DNA of 64,000 nucleotides, from positions 8,269,832-8,333,831 of the forward strand of contig OZ316897.1 in the NCBI GenBank assembly GCA_973895155.1. Direction: 5' to 3'. The stretch comes from Marsupella aquatica. Taxonomy: Eukaryota; Plantae; Marchantiophyta. Below the pieces are notes generated by a model. It ran no database searches and was not told the origin of the DNA. It saw only the letters and a program-made list of their open reading frames with translations. Made by a program: the position numbers and the translations under genes. Position 1 is the first letter of the stretch, and each line of letters starts with the position of its first letter. Shown piece after piece: positions 25,406 through 35,937 of the stretch.

Positions 25406-27996
25406 TTGCTTAGTGTGAGGTTGAAGAGAAAATGCTTCGACCTACTGTAGTTGTGACCGACTTGAAGGAACGAACGAACGAAAGAGACAGAGTGCTACGA
25501 AGATTTGTTGCGCGGAGCTAAAACAAAATGCTTCAACCTCCAACTGTAATTGCGAACGAATTGTCGAATCAAGCGATTGCGCCTCCCATCCCACAGACTG
25601 AGCGAGTGATGAGGGAGAAAGGGGACAGCACAATGAGAGGTACCGAATTGGCGAATTAAACGATCGGGCGCTCCCAAAAGACGGTGAGATGACTGAAGGG
25701 GAGAGCATAACCTTGTATTCAGAAGCTTTTTATCCCATAAGGGATATATACCACAGATCTTTCTTTGTCACTTTGTTAAGGTTGTGGTGCAAAAATAGTT
25801 ACTCCATGCAAAATCCATTGACTGCAGACTGTATAATGTACCATGCATTCTTAATGAGATGTAATATGTCTAGGTAACTGCACATCAAAAATATGACATA
25901 TAATGTGAGTGACATCCTTCCATACCATGATAAACCTTGTTATTTATTTAATTCATTAAATGCACACTGTATATATATTACCACATTTTGATATGTGATT
26001 ACCGGCAGGGATGTAATATGTGGGAAAAGGGCTTATGTCTGAGCTTGTGAACAGTGAATGTAACCCAAACAACCTTAGTGGGCCCAGTATGTATTCTCGG
26101 ACCATATCTTTGAAGTATTGACATGTACACTTATTCTCAAAACAAGAATGCCACAGACATGATTCAGTGCAAGATCTGGCATGATCGAGATTCGTCTTAA
26201 TGTGAAGATTGCATGGAACAAGGGTTTGATCCTGGTTGTCAAGTATGGTCGATGCAGACGGTAGCTTGTTGGGCAAATGAATAGAGACTTGAGACTTGGA
26301 CCGTGAGGGTGGCCTGTACAGTTTGCATGACTATCTGTTTGTTGTGGATGTCAGTAAAGTGCCCTTCCAAGAAAGAAAAATAAATCCTGTTCCTGCCCAA
26401 ACTTCTTGAGTGTCACTAAACAGTCATGTCTTGGTCATTCTAGGTCTGGTTGCCCTTGACTGTTCCCTCTCTTGGGTTTTCTCCCATTTGTTCTGATCCA
26501 CCTCAGGTTGTACATCCCAAGAAAGTCAAGGTTGGGCCACGTTGATGCTCGCACCGATTATGTTGGTCCTTGTGTTTTTGGGCTTGCTTCCCCCCTGTGG
26601 ATGATCACCGTGGTATCCTCCCAGAATTTTATTCGTAAAAGTACTCCTACTAGGGAATAGAAAAGTTTCAGGCCACTTTGCAAAGCTTTTGGATACCTTA
26701 GGCACCTCCCTTCCAAAATCAGAAAGAAAAAGAAAAAAAACCAAAACAGGTCAAATTGGACCCTATACCTTATCCCCGTCTAAAAATTTTTACTTTCAAA
26801 TTGTTTCACATACACCTGATGTGCCTCAATCTTCCTGTTATTCTCGAGGTTATTCTCCTTCCCTAGTCAAACGAGGTAGATGATAATTCAATTGTACATT
26901 GTAGTCCCTATGCTTTAAAATTGAGTACGTATAATTATCTCCAATCTATACAATTTCATTTCTTTATTAATATTTTGAAATTCAATAAACTTTTGGCTCT
27001 TCGGTCTTCCTGAACTTTCCTCTTGTTTATTTCTTATATATCTCACTGCCAAAAAAAAAGACGTCCAACCAAGAGACATGATCCCAAAGAGAGAACCAAT
27101 ATTAAAGGCGAAAAAACAAAGAAAAACCTTAGGAACTAGACTAAACAGACAACATGCTGCTCTCCTTTAGGCTCCATTTCACCCTTTCCCTTGCTTCCTT
27201 CTCACTTTGTTTCCTCCTTCCAAGTACTCCTACCATCCCTTCCGACCCTTGCAGAAGTCAAGGCATGCCCAGCTCCAACGCCCCCCCCCCCCCCCCCCCT
27301 TCTATTCCCTAGCTTTTTGTCTGAAATTCCACTTGCCTATGGAATCCTGTCTTCCAGTAAGGCACATTTTGTTCTTTGGCAGTGCTATAAATAATGTGGT
27401 TCTTACTGTACCTTTTATCAATAATCAACTGTATATATAACACTTTCAAATTACTTGGTTTCATGAGTTGTCATTGGACAATGACTAGCGACTGTTGGAA
27501 AAGTATAGATTTTTTACATCAAAAGTATTCACACTTTCTCAGGGAGTTTGAAAAAATAAGTTTGGTTGCATTGTAAAGACTCTTCTCACGTGTTGCACAC
27601 GTGATGCCCTTCTCAGAAATGCTGAACATGCTGCTGCCACAAAGGGTCACCGCTGACCAGGGATAATAGTTATAATAGTCATTATGTTCTAAAACCATCT
27701 TACTAATAATTGCAAACATAAGTTACTTTCAAGGGCTGCCTAGGCTCATCTTACTAATACTCGTGGACATAAGCTACTTTCAAGGGCTAGGCTCTAGAGT
27801 GAAGCCTCTAGACTCTAACTCCATAGAAAGACAGGCAAAGTTGGACTCGAAAATAAGGACAATGTTGGACTCTAAATAAGGACAAAGTGAACAAAAAATG
27901 GGGATGGGGCAAATATAAGCAGGAGATAGAATCTTTTCATCGTCGTCTGAACCTTCTGCGCTTCATCTTCCCCAAGGGTCATTGTGATGTTTGAGG

Positions 27997-28257
27997 AAAC
28001 AGTAAAACATTACGCGCATGAGCAACATATTTTCTCACATGGCCCCTAATTTTTCTATCTCGGACCCCTAATTTTTCTATCTCCAACTGCCTCCCTGACA
28101 AGAACCTGGTTGGCAACATACATTTCTGGGACTCCTCTTTTTGCTAACCAACTCGCTAGCCATCTGGAGTCATAATAAAAACACAAAAAATATAAATGGC
28201 AAAAACACTAGTGTCTCTCTAACAGCAGTCTCATTGTCAACAAAATTCCTGTTTGCT
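27997..28257 (+). repeat. Dispersed ~260-bp repeat, copy 2
   Basis: Collinear with 4353-4612, and carries a local duplication of CCCCTAATTTTTCTATCTC. Confidence 0.75.
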
Positions 28258-28489
28258 GGCATCGTGCAATGCCTCCTTCCCCAGTTGCCATTGCAGGATA
28301 GACTATCCATGTTTAGGGATCAGGGTGGGTTCCACTGTTCTCCAGATTCATGCGGCTCGTAATTCTCAGAACTCCAACTTACAGAACTCCAACACACCAT
28401 AATTCCAGTGACCGATAAGAGGGGTTCGTAAATTTCGGAACTTCAACATACCATGATGCCCCATGAGCGATGACAACTTATTGTGCATA

Positions 28490-29570
28490 ATTTTTCTGAC
28501 CATTGCAAGCCCTTGTAGATGTCAAAATTTGTTTACCAGCAATCAGACGCCATGAGCCTGCTTAATTCTTCGGTTTCCTTGACTGTCTTGGAAATTCTGA
28601 CCATTGCAAGCCCCTTGTAGATGTCAAAATTTGTGTACCAGCAATCAGAAGCCATGAGTCTGCTTACGTCTTCCGCTTCCTTGACTTGGAAATTCTGACC
28701 ATTGCAAGACTCGTGTAGATGTCAAAATTTGTGTACCAGCAATCAGAAGCCATGGGTCTGCTTAATTCTTTGGCTTCGTTGACTTGGAAATTCTGACGAT
28801 TGCAAGACTCTAGCTTGTAGATGTCAAAATTTGTGTACCAGCAATTCGAAGCCATGAGTCTGCTTAACTCTTCGGGTTCCTTAACTTGGAAATTCTGACC
28901 ATTCCGAGCCTCTTGTAGATGTCAAAATGTATTAGCAATCAGAAGCCATGAGTCTGCTTTCTTCGGCTTCCATGACTTGCAAATTCTGACTATGGCGAGC
29001 CGCTTGTAGATGGCTACCTTGACTTGGAAATTTTGACCATTGCGAGCCTCTTGTAGATGTCAAAATTTGTGTACCAGCAGCAATCAGAAGCCATGAGTCT
29101 GCTTTCTTCGGCTTCCTTGACTTGCAAATTCTGACCATGGCGGGCCGCTTGTAGATGGCTACCTTGACTTGGAAATTTTGACCATTGCGAGCCTCTTGTA
29201 GATGTCAAAATTTGTGTACCAGCAGCAATCAGAAGCCATGAGTCTGCTTCTTCGGCTTCCAAGTCTTGATTTGGAAGTCCTGACCATTGCGAGCCTCTTT
29301 GTAGATGTCAATTTGTGTACCAGCAATCAGAAGCCATGAGTCTGCTTCTTCGGCTTCCAAGTCTTGACTCTGCAAATTCTGACCATTGCGAGCCTCTTGT
29401 AGATGTCAATTTGTGTACCAGCAATCAGAAGCCATGGCTATAGTCTGCTTCTTCGGCTTCCTTGACTTGGAAATTCTGACCATTACGAGCCTCTTGTAGA
29501 TGTCAATTTGTGTACCAGCAATCAGAAGCCATGGCCATGAGTATGCTTCTTCGGCTTCCTTGACTTGGAG
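28490..29570. repeat. Satellite-like tandem array: ten ~91-102-bp units plus two 47-bp truncated units
   Basis: The anchor GACCATTGC (or a variant) occurs at 28498, 28599, 28697, 28795, 28897, 28988, 29035, 29133, 29180, 29282, 29381 and 29478. Approximate consensus: GACCATTGCGAGCCTCTTGTAGATGTCAAAATTTGTGTACCAGCAATCAGAAGCCATGAGTCTGCTTCTTCGGCTTCCTTGACTTGGAAATTCT. Confidence 0.95.
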
Positions 29571-30595
29571 ACTTACGTGACTGCATCAAAGATTCCAGAC
29601 CTGCCGTCGAGCACGACCATGCGGGTTCAGTTTTGGAGGGCTCCCAGCAAATCACTCTGACTCCACCCTGAAGTGGAAATGTGGGAAGGAGCACAAAGGA
29701 GGTGTGGGTCAGCTGGGATTTATGCCCCTGGACAAACAAAAACACCTACGGACTGGAGGTCTCCATTTCTCTATCTTTACTAAACCATCAAAAAAACATT
29801 CGAGAAAGGAAAGTGGGACTATAGCCCATACAAGAATCTAAGAGTCAGGAATATAAACATGGACTGCAACAAAATGCACCTTTAACGTTGATTTACCGAC
29901 GTTGGAACAGCAGTGACTTTTGTTTTGCAACAGGAGATATCCGCCCCGCAGAGTGTGGCAGCTGCAATACTTTCGAAACTTCTATGATAGAACTAGAAAC
30001 TCCCGCTACGATCGAATGAAGGTTTTGTTAATTCTTCGCTTGTCTCAGAGGTGGTCCGGGCGTTCCTCCGAAACGAAGGGGAAAGGCATATCAACCTGCA
30101 AACTCTCTTATTAGAAGGAGTAGATTTTTCACCCTGCGTTCTCCTTATCCCCCTACTGTGGTATGCTGGACGGACGGTAATTTTCTCGGTCCATAGTCCT
30201 CCCCTTGGTCGTGAATATTCAAGCAAGGACATAGCAGGTAGCGAATGCTCATTCGCGTGATTTGTTGTTTGTGTTTTTATGCTGGATTCCCAAACTTCAC
30301 TTAAACAACTTCAAAACATGCCCGAATGTCATTCCCTTCTGAGAAGACAAAGTCGGATGACTCCACCGCGGACCCTGCAGCTCCGGTCGTCAGTTCTAAA
30401 CCTGAAGCGGGAAATCTTTAGACAAGTCCTGAAACAGAGGAATAGTAATTCACTTGTTCTGAACAAAATACACATAAAACCCCTGGCTCGCCACACTACC
30501 AATCCAACACATTGAAGTGCACCATATCAGATTCTTCATCTTGTCATCTGCCAACAACTCTACTCGCACGAATGGTTTCGGTCAATTGAAACTTC

Positions 30596-30985
30596 TTAAT
30601 CTCCTATCCAAAGTGAGGAAAATATCGTTTTCGCCAGAGGAAATTCCAACAAGTTCTCGTCTAAAATCGTGACAGCCAGAAATGCCAATCGGTGTCACAT
30701 CTATTACACGCGTACAGAGCCTTATTATACTCCCAATAGCTTGGATACCCATCCAGACAATTCCCAATCAATAAGTACCTCCTCTACATGTTCCAAAGGT
30801 CGTCCATCCAGCTTTCGCACAAGGATATTCTTTTGCTGAAAGAATCCGTGGGTGAAGGTCAGCGGATGATCGCGGAAAACTAGAGGGAATAATCGTTCGT
30901 ACAAACTTACTTTACCTCCTCCTGTGTTCATAAATACGTACTCCTTAAGCATTGCAGACTTCCACTCATTTTCTGTATGGAATGG
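30596..30985 (-). pseudogene. Frameshifted fragment of an APH/choline-kinase-like phosphotransferase (C-lobe), fungal-like
   Basis: Reads PFHTENEWKSAMLKEYVF...LYERLFPLVFRDHPLTFTHGFFQQKNILV...LIDWELSGW. After a +1 shift (extra G at 30748-30750) it continues YPSYWEYNKALYACNRCDTDWHFWLS, and after a -1 shift (~30668) ILDENLLEFPLAKTIFSSLWIGD* (TAA 30598-30596). This matches the FTHGDxxxxNI...IDWExxGWYPxYWE pattern, with the catalytic Asp replaced by Phe. Confidence 0.8.
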
Positions 30986-33659
30986 GAGTATGGTTCCTCT
31001 GTTCAAAGTTGAAACATTCCCGCTTATGTTTTTGTTCTGACCGTCTAGCTGCCGGGTCTGCAGTGAACTTGTCCCACTTGTGGATACTCTAAAAGGGAAA
31101 GTCGTTTGGGCATTTTTGAAGTTGTGTACTCCAACATTTTGCTCCAGGTCAGGATGAACCGTCGTATGTTAATCGATCTTCCTTTCCTTTCGGTCGAAGG
31201 TTTTGAATCAGGTCATTTGGTTATTAAACACTACTTCGCTTCGTCTGTGTGGCATCCACACTCAGGAGTCTCGAAGATCTCTTGAAAATCACGACTGAAG
31301 GTAGGCCTCAGTGGAAGTGGCTGGCAATCGAATGTTCAGAGGATGCTGCAGCATATCAACTCCAAATCACTCAGGCCCGGCTGAAGATATCCATGAGTTC
31401 GACGTACACGGAATGTTGCAGTTATGTATCTCAGGTGTAGCGAAAACATCAGGACTGGAATCAAAATGTTGCAATTATGTACTCAGATGTAGCGAAAAAA
31501 ATCGCCTCCAAATTCCATCTTCTGGCCTCACGTAATTTAAGCACCCCAGCTGAAACGGAAAAGTTCACTACATTGTCAATTTAGTGCAGCAGCCTCTCTT
31601 CCTCTCTTTACCATTCAATTGATTCATCCATTCTCTATACTGGGCAGCAACCTTGAATGGCCTATGACTCCCAATGGATTTTAGTAAATGGCCTATGTGT
31701 CCTGTCACTGAGTTTCCTTGGCTGACAACTTAGGAGCCTAAAAGATCTTGTAAAGTGTAGGCACCTTTTTTTCGGCTCTGTAACAGACTCTCATCGGATC
31801 TGTAACCCTCATAGTAATCTGTTACGAATTGTACGGATCTCTAACCCTCATAATAGGCTCTGTAACCCGGACTCATCGGATTTTCAAAAGTCTACTCACT
31901 GAATAAGTTGATTGTCGCTTCCAAAAACTCTGTACGTCATGAGATCATCTATACTTCCATTCACATTCTTATAGCTCAGCTACCTGAAGGTTGCACGAGG
32001 AATAAACAATTAAACGAACCGATTTTGACAAAGAATCCATGAACAACGAAACACCTATGGCTAAAACTTCGATAGATCTTTGAATTGAGCCCAGCCATCT
32101 TCCAGGTGCGCAATTGTGGCGAGTCTCAAACATCCACAGTCAAATAAAATCTCTTCTAGACTTTGAACAACTCAGATTTAGTGCGAAAGGACCCACTACG
32201 GCTAGATGCCAAGAAACTATTCACAGAGAAGGCATTAGCTACCCTTTCCTGGTAAGGTCCACCTATACATTAATATACATCTGCCAGTCCTAATATCGAG
32301 CTAGTCACAATCTAGCATAAAATTGCGAAGATAATGGAAGTGCATCTATTTCTGAGAAGGTGGCAAAGACAGATTGTAGGCTAGCAACCGACATACAAAC
32401 GATGCGCTGCGGCAAATGAGCTCAGAAGATTGTCCAAGAGCCTATATGTGTAAAAGGTAACATTGCTACAGCATGAACAGTTGCAAAGACTACTCCAGCT
32501 GGTGCAATTCATAATTCCGAAGATATTAAATTAGCATGGACGACACAGTAGAGTGATTTTTGAGAGAAAAAGCCGTCCAATCGTAGGCTTCTCCGAGACT
32601 ATCTTGTGCAAAACTTGACCAGACCTAGACGGAACCACGGGATCACGACCCATGGGTCGCGGTCTTGTTGTATGAATATCACACACACAAAGCATGAGCT
32701 TATCATCTCTGTTTGTCTTCCTAAAGTTCAAGATCAACATTACGAGCGCAGAAGAACCTTTGGGACAATCAAACAGATTTCCAAGAATCCTGGCTCCTCG
32801 TGCCTCCTGCCGCCGTTGATGGCTCTTTGCGTTGGCTCCCAAACATTCTTCTGCGCCGTTGCTTATGTCTCCCTGTAGGCTCTGTAGAGTCCTGATGGGA
32901 GCAATGAACGTTGAAATGAATTGTACGGAGAATTTCCAATAAAATCCTTTGAAACATCCAACTACACTCTAGATAGCTGGGTGGCCACCGAAACACACTT
33001 CATCCATCACTTCACCTTTGTTGCAAGCCTCTTCAGTTTGAAGAACGCAAAAATTCTAAAACATAAACAAAGCTGCTCATATGTGGCCATGAACTGAATT
33101 TCGAAGAATGCAGCATATTTTGGAGTCGTGCAACACAAACTTTCGATGAATACTAGAGGAATTGGTACAACAGAGATGCGTAACAGTGGGGACAGAGACA
33201 CTGCAAGTACTGCATGAGAATCTCGAAGGTATGAGTGGATTGAGATGTAAAAACCACAGCTTGAACCCACTCATCGATCTCAAATGCAATGCAGCTAAAG
33301 TGACTATCATTCAGAGCGAATGCCAAATGAAAACTAGGCGAGTTACTCACTAGTGATGCGTTTAACCATCCAAATTGAAAGTGACTTCTTTTCCTCACTG
33401 GGTTTTCCCTCTTGAGGTTCCATCTCCACAGCTTTTAACTTCATAACTCCATTTTCGCTTCAGGCAATATCTTAAGTTAGTACAGCAGTCAAGTCAAACC
33501 TTTTGTGTTTGGAAGGACTCGATCGCCACATCCAACACAAATCAGGGTTTGAGCTGAGCTCTTGAAACTGATAGATCAATAATTGAGAAACAAAACGCAA
33601 CATTTTGGTAGCACAAGAACAATGAGCAAGCTATCAGCAAACTCACAGGAATGTAGTTC

Positions 33660-33741
33660 AGCATACTTAAAGGCTTGTAGCTTAATTTGAGCTGCAGCTT
33701 AGCATACTTAAAGGCTTGTAGCTTAATTTGAGCTGCAGCTT
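33660..33741. repeat. Perfect 41-bp tandem duplication
   Basis: AGCATACTTAAAGGCTTGTAGCTTAATTTGAGCTGCAGCTT at 33660-33700 and 33701-33741. Confidence 0.9.
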
Positions 33742-34253
33742 TGAGCTGTAGCTCTCCTCAAGGATAGCAAGGTGAGAATTAGACTCTCGCTCTCCGGGGT
33801 TGGCTTCCTTGCGACAATTTCACCTGGCTCATGGCCAGCTGCGGCAACTGCACATTTAGCTCGTCCAACAGCTTCATAATTATAGAAAGGGATGTAGTGA
33901 CAGAAGTGTCATCATTGTGGGAATTGTGTTGTGGCTGAATTGTCGTGGGAAGGGTGTGATTGTGGTAAGGAAGTGGATGTCATGACAGAAGTGTTGTCAC
34001 TGAGGGGAATTGTGTTGTTGCTGACATGATTTTCGACTAGAAAGATTACAAGTGGAAGTAGGGGATGGAAGGCATGGGTAGCCAGAATCGGGGCTGAAAA
34101 AAACAAACGACCAACCACTCCAATTCAAGCTGTTTCTGAAATGACAGCTTTTAAGAAATTGTCTTTGGGAAATCCAATGGCAAGGAGAACACGTTTGGCA
34201 CTTCAACAAAAACAAATGTCTTTGGGAAATCCAATGGTAAGGAGAACACGTCT

Positions 34254-34492
34254 GGCACTTGCTTGATGGACCCCAAAGAGAAAAGTGTTACATGATGGGA
34301 CCTGTTACATGATGGGACCCTCTGAGGTATATGCTGCTTGATGGACCCAAAAATGAAAATTGTTTACATGATAAGACTTCTGAGTGGTCCAGGCCGTTGA
34401 TGGACCTTGATAGATATTAAATCAACCTACCCAAAACCTCAGGGGTCCCATCAAGGAACATTTTGATTGTGGGGATCCATCAAGCAAATACC
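34254..34492. mobile_element. MITE with ~50-bp imperfect terminal inverted repeats
   Basis: Left GGCACTTGCTTGATGGACCCCAAAGAGAAAAGTGTTACATGATGGGACC versus reverse complement of the right end GGTATTTGCTTGATGGATCCCCACAATCAAAATGTTCCTTGATGGGACCCC. An extra TIR-like copy lies internally at ~34326-34378. No clean TSD is visible. Confidence 0.7.
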
Positions 34493-35662
34493 TTGACAGT
34501 TTAGTGTCCAATTTAGAAGTCATGTGTTGATGATCACAGTCATATAAATCACATTTGTAGAGTCTTTAGAGCATTCCCTCCCAGCAACTATTTTAGGTTG
34601 ACCGGCTGGAGAAACCAGTTTTTTAATTCCCATTGAGCACCCACAAATTAAAAATCCTGGAGCTGGCACGGGAGGATGCTGCCCACCCTCACCAAACACT
34701 GGATGGCACAGATTGATCCATTGCAAAGGCTCTTGGATGGTTGGGAGCAACTGGCATTGAGAGAGACCATTCCAGATACATGGCTCATTGTGCATTGAGT
34801 GGGAATGTTGACCACTTGCAGTAGGAGACGAATGAGATGGTCCACCATTCAACTCCTATATATATAGCATGCTCATCTTGGAACATGCTTGGTTTTTGGT
34901 CTTGTAATGATATGTAAATGACTATTGCATAGTATTTGATAGGGTTGAGTAGTAAAAATATAACACATGCCAAATAAAAGTACATGTTACATAATGCCCA
35001 GGAAAAGTACAAGTGCCCAAGTTTTGAAAAACAGTGCACATAAGGTACAGATTCTCACTTGCTTTAATGACACTCAAATCAATGAAAATTTGTGCAAGTA
35101 AGGTACAAAAGATACTCCCTTGCCTTGTAAATAAAGCCCAGATGGACTGCTAGGTTGTTTCCATCTATCCCCATGGACTGTGACGGGGACAGACCATATT
35201 ACACATAATCATGAGACAATTTAACTGCAAATAGATGATAAATTGTGTCACCGTAAGAACATAATGTGCACCAAATTCTGTCATGGTAAGAAGAGAGCAC
35301 CAAAAACTGAAATTAAGAATGTATAATGGAATAGAGAGTGAAGATGCGCATTTAATATTTCCTGTAGCTTCTGTAGCGGCAAAGTACTTGAAGCGCTCCT
35401 TGTAACAAGAGCAGCGCCGTATAAACAACATAAATCTTGATAGCTCTGCAGCAAAAAAACCACTCTTTATGACAAGAGCATTGCTCTCTGAAAAATATAA
35501 TTCATCAACAATACTCCCCAAAAGTAAAATCTTAAATAGCTCTATAACAATAAAATTAGTCAAAACACTTTTTATAACAAGAACAATGGTCTCTGAAAAA
35601 TAGGATTCCACAACCATGCTCATGTAAATAAAATTTCCTTTAGCTTCACAATGGAAAAATCT

Positions 35663-35937
35663 GGGATCCTCACTTCTTTTCTTCTGACCCATCGCGTGCA
35701 AGAACTTAGGGTTTTTTAATTCACATGAGCGGAAGACTTTACAATTCTGATGAAGAAATATAGGGGTTATTTAATCCAATTTTAATAATTATAAGAACTA
35801 GAGAGTTTTTTGATATCAAAAGTGAGAATATTCCTACAATATTCCATAAAGTCAGGGGTAAAAAATATAGTAAAAATCAACTTTATTTTCTTAAGTTCTG
35901 GGGTGTTTATTACTTGTAAACTCCACCTCTGATATGG
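35663..35937 (+). repeat. Dispersed repeat homologous to 54916-55136
   Basis: Shared blocks TCCTCAC..TTTTCTTCTGACCCATC, TTAGGGTTTTTTAAT, GAGAATATTCCT..ATTCCATA and ACTTTATTTTCTTAAGTT.T.GGGT.TTTATTACTTG. Confidence 0.75.

Noticed and set aside
28490-29570. CRISPR array or repeat-protein CDS (MASDCWYTNFDIY... ORFs)
   Set aside because: Whole units are conserved with no unique spacers, unit lengths are not consistently multiples of 3, and the context is eukaryotic. It is a satellite.
35165-35701. 178-aa ORF
   Set aside because: Non-ATG start, AT-rich, contains an internal duplication, overlaps a dispersed repeat and has no recognisable motif.
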